This document shows positions 1 to 13,426 of a stretch of DNA of 64,000 nt, one piece after another. The stretch's first letter is position 1, and every line of letters starts with the position of its first letter. The notes beneath the pieces were generated by a model that made no database searches, was not told where the DNA came from, and saw only the letters and a program-made list of their open reading frames with translations. The stretch covers positions 8,777,059 to 8,841,058 of the forward strand of contig CAVNZM010000002.1 in NCBI GenBank assembly GCA_963693365.1, given 5' to 3'. This DNA comes from Amoebidium appalachense. Its lineage: Eukaryota > Protista > Ichthyosporea. Made by a program: the position numbers and the translations under genes.

Positions 1-885
1 GTCCTTGCGTGCGAAACTGTGCTGTCGGTACGGCTACGCCGGTGGCTCAACCAAAACGTAAATGTCGCGAGGGAACTTTTTCGCCGTGATCGGCTACCCA
101 CAATCGCACAGTACGATCCGTGCTCCCGATTGCTCGAGATCCACCCAGATGATCAGACATTGGTTATCACTTCGCTACCGGGAGTCAGGGAAATGCACGG
201 AAATTCTGGAAATTTGCAACGGGAAAACGAAATTGTTGGGGAAAAGGAACGAAGAGGTGCACCTGTGATCCGTTACTGCATCGGAGATGCCGGAGGGGTG
301 ATGTCGTTTGACAATATGATGAAATTTGCGACCGAGCGGGGGTTTTTGCTCACACAGGATGAAAAATCGATGCTCGAAGACGGCAAGAGTGCATGTGTGG
401 GTGAAAATGGGTCTGTTGTAGTGCGGCACCTACCGTTTGTGTGGGTTTTTGGGCGCGCATTTTGGATGGTGTCGCTCTATGGGGCCAACGTGTATGTGGA
501 AAACATCATGTCCGGACTTGAACACCCCCAGGTGCGAAAATTCGTAACGGGGAGATTCGTGTTGCGGGTGGAGGAGTTGAAAGACATGGAGGAAATTTTG
601 TGTGTGAGGGTCGAACTTGCAGAGGGGGTCTATGAGAGAAGAGACGGGACAGGCAGTGGCGTTGAGGAGGGAAATGTGGAGATGGGGAAAGATTTGGGGT
701 CTGTTGTGGTTGGGGGGGTCGATTGGGGGATTGAAATTGCAAAGATTGTAAGGGCGGAACTGGTTAGGGTGAATAGTGAATACACAAATTACGTTCCTGC
801 CGAGAGACAAACCCCCCTTGTGAAGTTGTATCGGTTCGGAGACCCGTGCTACTTTCCGATTGGGGTCAAGCATAAGTATACATAA
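1..885 (+). CDS. Phenylacetate-CoA ligase family (PaaK-like, AMP-forming) protein, C-terminal part; truncated by the window start; intronless in the window
   Basis: Frame is open from base 1 (VLACETVLSVR...) to TAA at 883-885. Motifs RLPTIAQYDP, PVIRYCIGDAG, LPFVWVFGR, VSLYGANVYVENI, NSEY..YVP and the terminal YFPIGVKHKYT match bacterial PaaK-like ligases as I recall them. Confidence 0.75.
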   Translation, partial: VLACETVLSVRLRRWLNQNVNVARELFRRDRLPTIAQYDPCSRLLEIHPDDQTLVITSLPGVREMHGNSGNLQRENEIVGEKERRGAPVIRYCIGDAGGVMSFDNMMKFATERGFLLTQDEKSMLEDGKSACVGENGSVVVRHLPFVWVFGRAFWMVSLYGANVYVENIMSGLEHPQVRKFVTGRFVLRVEELKDMEEILCVRVELAEGVYERRDGTGSGVEEGNVEMGKDLGSVVVGGVDWGIEIAKIVRAELVRVNSEYTNYVPAERQTPLVKLYRFGDPCYFPIGVKHKYT

Positions 886-1630
886 TTGTGATGTTGTGTC
901 TGTGTGGGTTTTGAACTAGTCACATGTAGCTCTTCACCTTTGTGTGGTTAAGTAGATGTGTACAGTACGTGTAGTATGCGGATGGGGAATATGTGTGGAA
1001 ATCATAAACGTGCAGCAATTATTGATATGCTGTGCTGCCGCTTGGCTGTGGGTCGTTTCTATCTTTCTCTCTCCTTTTTTTTTTGTGTGTGTGTGTGTGT
1101 AGAGTTTCTGGTGTAAATCTTGTGCATGGATCTATGTGCGCGAGATGTCATTTTTACCCACGGTTTGAAATTGTAGAGCCTGTGTGGGTATAGTACATAA
1201 AATTTCGTTTTGTTGTTCAACTTGGTGATGTTTTTGTTGATGTGCTGTGTGTACAGCATAGTTACTGTAAGTTGTGTGGGTCGGTGGGTAGGTGCTGCTG
1301 GTGGTGATAATGTGTGTGCATGTGTTCGCCGGGGGGAGGGGGGGGGGGGGGAGGGGGGAGGGGGGGATGTTTAGAGAAGGGTTAGAAGGGATTTGACAGG
1401 GTCAGCTTGGCATGACGATCATCGAAAGTGTGTCTTGGCCCTTGGTTGGTTAGTTAGTAGAACTCAAAATGGGGACGTATAAGAAAGGGTTGAACTCGGA
1501 GCGAGCGACGCACCACACACACAGTGTCACAAACACACTGGGCCCCTCCCCGAACGAGACGTTGACTCTTGACAGACTGATCATGAGGTTAAATCTCCGT
1601 ACCCCCCTCCGCCCCCCCTTTCCCGATCTC

Positions 1631-1663
<33 letters not shown>

Positions 1664-1875
1664 TTTCGCCCGGGGGACCGCCGCGTCACCCAATTTACAC
1701 ACCCACAATGTCGTCACTTCATGTGTAAACAAGCACGTGGCACTGCACAAATGTATTGTTTTATACATGATCATACGATAACTTTAGTATATTAGTGGAA
1801 TCAGCCGGCGCCCAAACCTAAAATCACATCCCCACGTGTGCGTAAATTTGTGTGTGTACAGTGTGTGTGTGTGAC

Positions 1876-1952
<77 letters not shown>

Positions 1953-2217
1953 CAGTGGGTGTGTGCGTGTGCGTGTGTGCGTGTGTACATCATGTTTGTG
2001 TGTGCACGTGCATGCACGTGCGCTCGCGTGTGTGCACTGTGTACGTGCGTACGCGTGTCCACAAGTTTACGTGCCACGTGCCTACGCTTTCGTGTGTGCA
2101 CCGTGGCGTGTGTGTGTGCAATTGTTGACAAGTGCACGTGTCTGCAGCGTGTCACGTGTGTATGCGTGTGTGTGTGTGTGTTTGTGTGTGCACGTGTGTG
2201 TGTGTGTGTTTGCGTGC

Positions 2218-2288
<71 letters not shown>

Positions 2289-2582
2289 TAAGTTGTATAA
2301 TTGAGTTTTGTGTATGTTCACATGGTTCATGATGCACATGGTTCGCCGCCCGGCGGTGTCGGCACACTGAAGTTTGGTTGTGTTTTGGCAACCGATTTTT
2401 GATTGGAAGCGCGTCACGCGCGCTGCTTCGGCGCATTCTATTTCTTGGCAGATTACGCAACCCGCGGTTCCGAACAAATCCAAGGGTCGGTTATTACTGG
2501 AGGCACCAGAAATATATATCAAAGTCTTTTTTTTTTACACACCCATGGTCCTTCCACAAATCCAGACCCAGCAACCTTACCC

Positions 2583-4355
2583 ATGGCCGTTGCAGCTGCC
2601 CCCAACATGGTAACCACCTCCGCCACCACCACCGCAGCACAGAAACCAGCCACCGTAATCACTTTCCCCACATCTGGAATGATGTGGGTTTGTAACAACG
2701 AGGTGGGTGTCTCGTGGACCGCTGCTCCATCCCTTGATGCCGCTGTCCCCGTGACAATCTACAATGCGCCTGTAAGCGACGGGAAAGCAGTGGATGACAA
2801 CCCAATCGAACTCGCAACGACAACAGCCGGGGAAGGAAAGGCCGTTTTCCCTCTCGACTGCAAAGATTTGGGGATAGATGTCCCTGAAGGTGGCGCTGGG
2901 TTCAAAATACTTATTGCAACGGGCGAAGAGCAAGAGGTGATTGCCGAATCCCAGCCGTTCACCGTCAGCAACATCGGCCTCGCCGCCCCTCTCCCCGGTG
3001 CTACTCTTGTCCAGGGGAGAAACATAAATCTTCAGTGGGTGTCCGCGGCCGGGGCAAACCCAAACGCCACCGTTCAGGTGGAGATTTTTGGAAGAAACGC
3101 AACGGGGGGCGCCAGCTCTCTGGGCCTGGCGAGAATTTTGAGGGTCGGTGTAGGAAACTGCTTTTTCCGCATGCCCCGCGTCAACGCCGCGCTGTGGCCG
3201 CGGGTTTTCGTTCGCGTCAACGTGAACGGCAATGTCGCACTAAGTGGTGACTACAAAATCCGTACTCTTTCAACCACCGTTTCCGGGACGGTTGGCGGTA
3301 GCGCGACGGGGACCTTAACCGGCGGCACGACGGGAACTTCTGGTAGCGTGGGAGGAAGCCTAACGGGGACACTTAGCACAGACGGAGATGTGTCCGGTAG
3401 CATCGGATGAACGATTACGCCTGGGGGTGCATTTTCGGGATCCGGCTCTGTCAACGTTAACGGCGGCACGGCGGCGGCGTCTGGGAGCGTCACAGGGACC
3501 ATTGGAGGAAGTATTTCTGGAACGGGTACGCTGAATATTAACGGGGATACAGCCGGTACGATTAGCGGCACGTTGACCCCAACTGGGACCGTTTCTGGTG
3601 GCGTACCGTCGTACGTGGGAAATGTCAACTTTAACGTTTTGGACCCCCTTGGGCTGCTGGCCTTTAAGAAACAGCTCGTAGCAAACGTTCTGAATGGCGC
3701 TCAAGCAGCTGTTAACGTCAACTACAACGGTGTGGCCCCGGGCGTGGTCTACGGGCATGGGGTAAATGTTTTCTGCCCCGTAGGACTCGTCGGGAATGTT
3801 GTCGCTGCAAAGGTTAACGTTTTAAACGCGGTGGTAGGCGCTGTCACGACAAAATTGAATATTGTGCTGAATGCCGCAGGGCAGTTGGTGGGAGGTCTCT
3901 TTAACGGAATCAATTCCATTATCGTCGCAAAAACGCAGTTCTTGGGCGGGTCTGTGTATGGGGGCAATGTGGGTGGGTCCGTAGGAGTTAATGTTAATGT
4001 GAATGGAAATACGGGGGGTTCTATCGGAGGTACTGGGAATGTTATCGGGGATATTGTCGCTGCAAAACAGAATATTGTTTCTGGTGCCCTTAACACCGTT
4101 GGTAGTGTGGTTGGTGGGGTCATAGAGGCGAAGAAGACTATTGTTAGTGGCGTTGTTAATGCTTTGGGTACTGTGGTTGGTGGTGTTGTTCAGGGTGCCG
4201 CAAATCTGGTCGGGGGGGTTGTTAACACTGTCGGCGGGGTCTTGGGAGGGGTTTTTGGTGGGATGAAGAACCCCGCTATCGTGTATAGCCCCCCACCCCC
4301 TCCGGCCCCCAACACTAACAACTTCCATGGTTTTACTTTTGGTATCAAGATTTGA
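2583..4355 (+). CDS. Gly/Val/Thr-rich putative surface or structural protein with two Kre9/KNH-like Ig-type domains; in-frame TGA at 3408-3410 (nonsense allele, error or readthrough); true start uncertain
   Basis: ORFs 2403-3410 and 3573-4355 share a frame, and the gap between them is open with the same G-T-x-S-G composition. Two repeats ITFPTSG..W...VSW...SQPFTVS and APLPG..L..G..INLQW...SGDYKIR. The C-terminal half has about 5 'IVAAKxNIV'-like repeats. The first in-frame ATG is at 2583. Confidence 0.65.
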
Positions 4356-4998
4356 ATTTACGGAGTAGTTTCTGTCCTTGAAGGCTCGTACAGATATGTG
4401 AAGTTGGTCCGGTTATCTAGGTTATCTCTCTGACCAGTGTCAGTCTTTAATATATCATACAACGGTATAATCAAGCACTCACTTACCGTGTCTTGCTTTC
4501 TGACGGCCTAAGGCCAAAACGGCTTAATTAGTGTCTTTAGGTATGTATATAAATGTATCCCAGATATATCCCAGAGCACCGGTGCCGGGACGCGCGCAAC
4601 TGAACATGAAAATTATGCGCAACACCTAGGGTTTTTAGATAATAACTTAATTTCTGCATGTGTATTGGATGTTAGTCCAGAACCTTAACCCTTTGCTGCC
4701 TGTGCCGATGGTTACTGGTACTAGCCCGAAAAGAGCCCCTTCCGCCTTGTTTCAACCACTCCCCCTCCCACAAATAGAAAATAAAAATAAATAAAAGAAA
4801 AAAAGAAAAGAAAAGAATGAATGAATGAATGAATGACTCGAATGAAAAAAAAAAAAGACCGAGGAAGCCTCGGGAGGAAGAAGGGGTAAAAAAAACGAGG
4901 AAAAAAAAAATGATAAGAACTTCGCCAAGCCGATTAGCAAATGTGTGGACCGTGACTCCTTCAGGGTTTTTTTTGGATGGCAGGCGCACGCACACCGT

Positions 4999-5051
<53 letters not shown>

Positions 5052-5252
5052 CAAAAAAAAAAAAAAAAAAAAAAAAAAAGATAAAGAAAAGAAAAAAGAA
5101 AAAAGAAAAGAAAAGAAAAGAAAGAAAAAAAAGCCCTGAGATTGCACAATAGAGACAAAGTGGTATCATTTCAGAATGAAGACTTGGGGACTTGGAGAAC
5201 ACTGTCAGAGCTTTGAAGTTGGAATTCGGTTCACGAGCGAAAAATGCCCCCA

Positions 5253-5347
<95 letters not shown>

Positions 5348-5951
5348 AATAATAGTAAGTTTACTTCTATTTTTTTTTTGTTGCACTGGCATAAAATTCC
5401 TTTTTTCTGCGCACCCAAAAAAAATCACTTGAACTTGATATCATGATAAATACTTAAAAACAAATACCTGAATAACAAAATATATAACTATGAGAAGGTG
5501 ATGAAACATAAAACAAGACTCTGAGGACATAACTCTGAAAAAGTCTTGGGAGAGGTTGGAAGGGGGGGAGGGGGGGGGGTGGGGGGGGGGGGGCGGGGAA
5601 GGGGCAAAGTGACTGACAGTGTCTTTACCATACAATGGCCGGCACAGTGTGGCGGCTGCGGCAACAGCCCCCGCCCTCCCCCCTCCCCCCTCCCCCCATC
5701 TTCCCCCCCCTCCCCCCTCCCCTCGCCGCTTAGCTATGCTTCCGTCCCCCCCGGGCCATCCCTCCCTTCTCCCCCCCCCCCCCCCCCCTCCCCGCCCCCC
5801 CGTTCCTTCCTCCCCTTACAGCCCACGCCAGGCTCCTTCCCCCCCCCCCCCCCCCTTCACCCACGGGTGCTCCCCTTCCCTTCCCGGCCCTGGGCCCCCT
5901 CTCCTGGACCTGTCCTAGCCCGAGACTCTCTCAGGGCCCCCTTTCCACCCC

Positions 5952-6013
<62 letters not shown>

Positions 6014-6199
6014 ACACACCACCACCACCACCACCACCACCTTAGCTCTGCTTCCTCCCCCCCCCCATGCCCTCCTCGGCGGAGGTCCCCTTCACCCCCT
6101 CCCTCTCCCCCCGGTTCCTTACCCCCTAACGACCCACACCAGGCTCCCCCCCCCCCTTCCTTCCCCCCCCTCCCCCTCCCTCTCCGTCGGACCCCCCTT

Positions 6200-6990
<791 letters not shown>

Positions 6991-7194
6991 CCCCCCTCCC
7001 TCCCCCCCCCCCCCCCCCCGGGGCCCCCCTCCCTCTCACACTCCCCTCCCTCTCCGATGTGCCATGGGCCCAATATCACAGCATCCCCCCCCCCCTCCCG
7101 CCCCCCGGCCCCCTCCCCCCCCCCCCCCCCCGCCCGGGGCCCTCCCCCGGCCCTCCCCCCTCCCCCCCCCCCCCCCCCCGCTCCCCCCCCCCCC

Positions 7195-7247
<53 letters not shown>

Positions 7248-8468
7248 AGACACTGACACACGTGTAGACTAAAAAAAGGAAACCAGAAAGAAAAGGAAAC
7301 TAGTAAGCTCAGCTGATCCTGCCGCATTATTTGCCCAGGCTCTGCCCTCCGGCGACACTGTGGCGGGGAATCCCCCGCAACCTAGCAGCTTATCATTTGC
7401 ATGCCAATCGTCATTCCTACGCAGTCGATGGAATAACGGTGACGGTCTAATCATCCGCTTTATTGGAAATAAGTGTACAGTTGTCATTCATGGCATTTGA
7501 ATTTGCCTGTATTATGTATGCTCTATTTTGTCTTTGCATGGAAAAGTTGTTAATACTACATTTGTGAGTTCCAAACACGTGTCTATCGCCAATGACTTTA
7601 TTCAGCCTACTTGGTGAATGGTGATGACGGTCAGATGACGTCAAAAGTACTTTCCAATTATCCAATAGCGAAAGAGTAGATTTCACAATGTGTATTCCTA
7701 TTCGACACAAATCACACTTTCTTCTCCGGCGAATATGCGGTCAGATTTCGAACGTGCCAAACGTTCCATTCACATTCCTTACAATGAGTTATCCAGTGAA
7801 GGATCTGCGTTTACAAACTTTACATCAAACATATCATAAACGCCATATCATGTGTTCTACGTCGTATATAAAAAAGGAGTAAAATTGTGAAATGCTAGTA
7901 TTTGTTGGTAAGTGTTCGCTATTATGCGAAATAGAGTAAGTTGCTAAGCAACAGAATGCGCGCACTGCGCAGTGTGACACGCAGAAGCGCTTTTTCGTAA
8001 TTTAGATAGCTGTTTAGGCTAGATAACGATCACGGCTTCGAGCTCTAGGGGGTGACCTCTCACTATCAACTCAGAAGTGAGTCAGAACTCCATGCGTCAT
8101 TCTCGCAACAACTGTGACACAACCCTACAAGTTCATGTGTGCTCTATTCGCTGAGAAATATATATATATATGTTTCTATTGAGTATTTACTGGAGTCGAG
8201 AGGTGCAGGCAGCGTCCCTCGACACGAACGAACGCACTATATTCAGTCAGCTGTGCTGATAACAGCTGTCATAGGAAGATTCAAACAGAACTTTCCTCAC
8301 TCCAGCTTTTTAACTCCAGAGTTGTACTCCACCATGCAATGACAAACTCACGCTACGTAAACACACCCTAAGCATACATCTTTAGGTACATCACCAGTGC
8401 TTTAAGTGCAACAGGGCCAAAAAAACCCATCCGCACGTGTTCGGACATCTGGTGTTAAAGAATCCACC

Positions 8469-9666
8469 ATGGCTACCAAACTAAAAAAGCTCTTCAAGAG
8501 CATGTCGCTCAAACATGGCCGTGAGGACGAATACCCGAATTGGATGGAAGAGAAAAGCGACACCAGTATGACCAGCAACGCGAAAAGCAGCCTAAAAGCG
8601 TTCGATCTCGCAATTCCCTCCGCTAAAGGTAGCTTTAGTGATTATAGAAAGCACCCATCTTTGGAAGCTTTGCCCATTTCAGCGGGCGGATGCCCATGTT
8701 GTACTCATTGCCAAAAGGCGCAAGCGGCGGGGGTGGTGCAGTCGCTGCCGCCATCTATGCAGGCGGCGACGGCACATTGTCAAATGAAACCCCCGACTGG
8801 AAAATATTCTTTTAGAAGGAAGAAGAGCCTGAGGGATTCACTTAAGCGATTGCAGGTATGATTACCAATGTTTTTGCATGCGATGATGCCATGTGCTAAT
8901 AGTGTTTTGTCTTGCTTTGTGCAGTACCCATACCAGCTATTTTTTTTGTGCATTCGGCCTGGTATTGAAGGCAACGGTGTAACTTGTTTTAGCGGGAGGG
9001 ATAAAACGTGGTCATGTTCAAGATTTCTGTGTAGGTAGGTACACCTTCCCCAACCCGCGACTCATCTATGCATTCATGTTGTTTGGATGTACTCTCTTTT
9101 CTCCATTCCGGATTTGTCACCGGAGTACCCCAACTCAGCTTATTATACAGAGGTCAGAATAACGCCCTTGACACACTATACAATCCCCATCGCAAACATG
9201 CCCCCGTGCCAACGCAAGGGTTCGACATACGCATCTCTATAGCCAGCAACGGGTTGTTGTGGCTCATTATATTAGATGCAAAAGGGGAAAAAAATCACTG
9301 ACAGTAAACACTGACCGAGAATATTCACTTTTTCAGGGGCTCATGACACGACAGCAACACGAAAAGCCCAAGAAGTCTGTGCGGTTCCACGAGGAGAGTT
9401 TCATGACGTGGACGTGGAGCATGGACGATTACGACCGCAGCGCCACCAGCGGGGTTTTTAGCTGGATGGAAATTCAGGTTTGACCCCTCTCCCTTCCCCC
9501 CCCCCAACACCCCGCACACCAAATTATCGGAATTAGAGCTAATGGGCCTTTTTATCTTCTTGACTTACATAATTTGAATGTTGCAAATTTTTTCAATTGC
9601 TGCAGACAGGAAGTCCTGTTTTCTATTGCGGAATCAACTCCAAAAAAACAATAACAGTTTTTTTTA

Positions 9667-9710
<44 letters not shown>

Positions 9711-9790
9711 AATTAATGGGTGTCACCCCACAACACACACCACCATGCCGCTTAACACAAAGCGCGCAAGCACACATACATACAGAGAGA

Positions 9791-9823
<33 letters not shown>

Positions 9824-10351
9824 GGAAGGGAGGGAGGGGGTGTCGTGGGAAAGGGGGGGGGGGAGAGAGAGAGAGAGTAGAGAGCCACAAATTAACACAC
9901 GTAAACCCGATTTGTTTAACTAGTTGTGCCAGGAAATCACACATGTTTTGGCCTCATTAATTAATCCACACAGATGCTCCGAGCCGAGCTGGACGACTAC
10001 AAAGAATACGAAATGGGGGTCCACCCGGAGAGCAGATGCAACACCGTCCTGTACCGCAATAGAGACCCCCTTGCCCATTTTTACCGGCAAAAAATGCGAT
10101 TTTACGAATTGCAAAACCAACAGCAGTTGGAAAATTCAAGAACCCACGGCGCACCATCATGCACCCCCCCATACTCCAACCAAATTTCGCCGTCACCGTA
10201 CGGCAACCCGCACTCCCCCGACGGTCGCGTTGAGTCCTCCACCAATGAGCTCGCTCCCTTCCGCTATGCGTTGGACCCCCCCTACCCCTCAACCCCCGCC
10301 CATTTACCAACCCCCCGCACCCATGTATCATCCATCGCCACCCGTACCTAA
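8469..10351 (+). CDS. Phactr/Bni4-like protein phosphatase 1 regulatory protein without RPEL motifs; 3 exons; possible +1-frame C-terminus to 10409
   Basis: Exons 8469-8855, 9337-9477 and 9974-10351, joined by phase-0 GT-AG introns (301 aa). Spliced sequence KKSVRF...TWSMDDYDRS...MLRAELDDYKEYEMGVHPESRCNT matches the RVxF + DYDR + ELNEFK..EMEVHE.SR PP1-binding module of Phactr and Bni4. Confidence 0.8.
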
Positions 10352-11451
10352 TCATTCAGCGGTAGGGCATAGCGATTTCAGGAGGTTTGGGGGCTCTTTA
10401 AGGAAATAAAAACGTTAGGGGAGGTTGCGGCCGTTTGTGGGAGGCCCGGAGCGTGTTTGAAATTTGTATAGTTGTATTTTAGCGAGGTTTCCCAGATGTA
10501 CATGTAGAAAATACTACAGTCCAATTAGGAGTCTGGTTTCCTAAAATGAGTCTGGGTTTCGTACCAGTAAACTTTGCCAAGACTGCATCCAACATATGAT
10601 AAGCATTTAGGTGCCTGCATATACAGACCTTAGCGCAAAATATAGAGAGACTTGGGTGTAGTTGTTACCAAATTTTGGCTGTTGCAATCGTGCATCAAAT
10701 GTAGTGAGAAGCCTGTTGAAAAAGAAAGATCCCCCTTCTATATTAAAGATGTTAGCCCTTTTATTAACCATAATCTTGCCCCTGGAAACAGGTTTAGGGT
10801 TAATTACATACGTAGAAGTTGAATTTTCAATGGTGATGCCGGGATATGGTAAAATCGCGGCTTTTTTGACACACACCGTTTTGCATGATCCTAACTATGA
10901 TAGTTCTAAACATAAATAAGTCTATTTCATCTTACATGTTGACTGTAACCTTGCCAAGGTTGATGCAATGAAGAAATAAAACGTCGATGAAAACATCGGC
11001 TAACTAAGCTCCTCCCCCCCCCCCCCCCCCCCCCCCCTCCCCCCTCCCCCCCCCCCCCCCCCCTCCCCCCCCTGCCCAGCCCCAGCCCCCGCCCCCGGAG
11101 ATGCATACTTCCTGTAAGCCTTCATCGTGTCTGTATTGCCACACTGAATAGATATGCACCGTGACTGTTCTGTTACGGTGAGACTTAAGTGGATGTGTAC
11201 AGTCCTCGCACCATCATGTAAAATATTCTCAGTATCCCCTCCTCTCTCCCCCCCCCCCCCCCCCACCCGGTGTCGCACTCAGCATATCTCCCCTTGTCGC
11301 GCTAGGCATCGTGTTTTGGCTCGCATACATTTGGCATTCAAGCGGCTCTGGTATCAGACTGAGTGTTTTGAGCTCTTGCCTGCATGTTTCCCCAGTGAGT
11401 CAAGTTGGGCGTTTCTAGAGTCACATGCCCCAGTGCCCCGGAAATCCAGTT

Positions 11452-11656
11452 GGGGTGGGCTAAATATAAGATTTTCCGTAAATAAGATTCTAGCGCTAGA
11501 TTCTTTGGAATTCGAAAAATTAAGATGCTGTCTTGCCCCCATGGCACATATGAAACTAAGATTTTTCTCGTTGTCCTTGTGGGCTAGGGGGGTCTGGGAC
11601 TAAGATTCTCTCTGGCTGGAGCCGAAATCCACGTAATCTTATATTCGACCTACCCC
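11452..11656. mobile_element. MITE-like element with about 22-bp imperfect terminal inverted repeats
   Basis: Left end GGGGTGGGCTAAATATAAGATT; reverse complement of right end GGGGTAGGTCGAATATAAGATT. Several internal TAAGAT(T) subterminal repeats; TSD unclear. Confidence 0.6.
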
Positions 11657-11740
11657 TGTATACACTGTTGTTTTGGACTGAAAGATTTTGCAAGTCAGTC
11701 TTTCATTTCTTTCATATTTACTTGTAAAGCTCTCCCCTCC

Positions 11741-11776
<36 letters not shown>

Positions 11777-12180
11777 TGCAACACCACACACACACACACA
11801 CACCCACACACCACCACCACCACCACTGCCACCTTTACACTCATATACTTGACGGTCTAAATTAGTAATCCGCGGCGGGATCAGGCCGATGATGGGCGCT
11901 TTTCGAATATTTCAGATCTTTATATAGGCTGGTAACATTTCATTATGACACTATTAGCATAGGCCTCAGTGTCTCAATCGGTTCAAGAAATGACCATTAT
12001 AGTATCGTGATTCCAGGGGCAGTTCATGATACGTACATGACAACGGGTATTCATAACAGCCACGCTCAGCTAGATAATTATAGATAAAAAAACTAAAAAA
12101 AAGTAGTACTATCACAATCAGGGGGGGGGGGGGGAAATAGTATGGACCAACAGTTCCGCGGCGCAGGCGATCAAACCGTG

Positions 12181-12270
12181 AGCCAAATATGGAAATTTGG
12201 GCGGGAAGTTTTGGCGTAAAAAAAGGGGGGTTCGTAAAACAAATAGAAAGGTAGGAATCATTATAATGAG
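12181..12270. repeat. Dispersed repeat; second copy at 55375-55460
   Basis: AGCCAAATAT(G/A)GAAATTTGGGCGGGAAGTTTT...AAAACAA..A.AAA.GTAGGAAT is shared by both sites. Confidence 0.8.
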
Positions 12271-12340
12271 GCTTTGGAATCGCAACTTGCTTTTTTGTGC
12301 CTTCATTTTTAGACTCGGAACCCATCTGAGGATGAATCCA

Positions 12341-12382
<42 letters not shown>

Positions 12383-12536
12383 CACACACACACACACACC
12401 CCTTCCCCTCCCTCCCCCCCTCCACCTCCTTCCTCTCAATGCTCACCCTTCTGCACCACACATGGATATGTGCGGTTCAAAAATTTAACCTGTGAAGTAT
12501 CACAGTGCTGCCTCTGCCTGGGCTGTGTAAGCATGT

Positions 12537-12583
<47 letters not shown>

Positions 12584-13362
12584 CGTGCGTGTGCGTGTGT
12601 GTGTGTGTGTGTATGTGCGCACGCGCGCGTGTGTGTGATCTATTGAAATCTACTTCGACATTCCCCAACTGCACGAGGGAAGTTGGGGCTTCTGGAGGGT
12701 CCGTGGTGGATGGGGGATGGGTGGTGCATGGCGGTACTGGCGGTGATGGTATTGGTGTTGATTTTTTGCTATTTTTTGTTCGGGGGGGGGGGGGGGGGGG
12801 AGGGGGGGGAGGAGGGGGAGGGGAGGGGAAGGAAGGGGGGGGGGGAGAAGAAGAGGAGGCAAGTTGTATCATTGGCAAAGGAGTCTAGTGTCTGCATACT
12901 AAGAGACGGATACGAAAGCTTTCAGCATGTTAGCGAGTGGAACTTTAAAAGGTTGTGTTGAGAGAGGTCAAAAGAGACTCGCTGAACCATAAGAGGCCTA
13001 CCAGTAGGGAGGGGTAGTGGCTGCATTGCTTTTGGCAATGGCAAGCTTGATTGAAGTGTCCCTGATGCATAGCCTATGATTGCATGATCGATCAGAAGAA
13101 GGTGGGGTCGCTTCAAGTGTGATGTGCCAATTGATGAGAGGGGTGTCAGCAGAGAGAGGGCCCTGGGCCTGGCTTCTTTTTTCTTTTCTTTTTTTTTTTG
13201 GTGGGGGTAGGGGGGGTGGGGGTGGGGTGGGGGGGGGGGTGGGGGGGGGGGTACATAAAGGGGGGTTAGATTGATGCATTGCACACGCAAGGGAGTAAGA
13301 CTTTCACAATCGCGATGGACAACACCAGTACCGTAATCCACATACAGTCCTTCAAAAGCACA

Positions 13363-13426
<64 letters not shown>

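Noticed and set aside
3408-3410. Genetic-code reassignment of TGA (Gly, Trp or Sec)
   Set aside because: TGA ends AGO at the family-typical position (47061-47063), Trp is TGG in the other genes, and the site is not a Cys/redox position.
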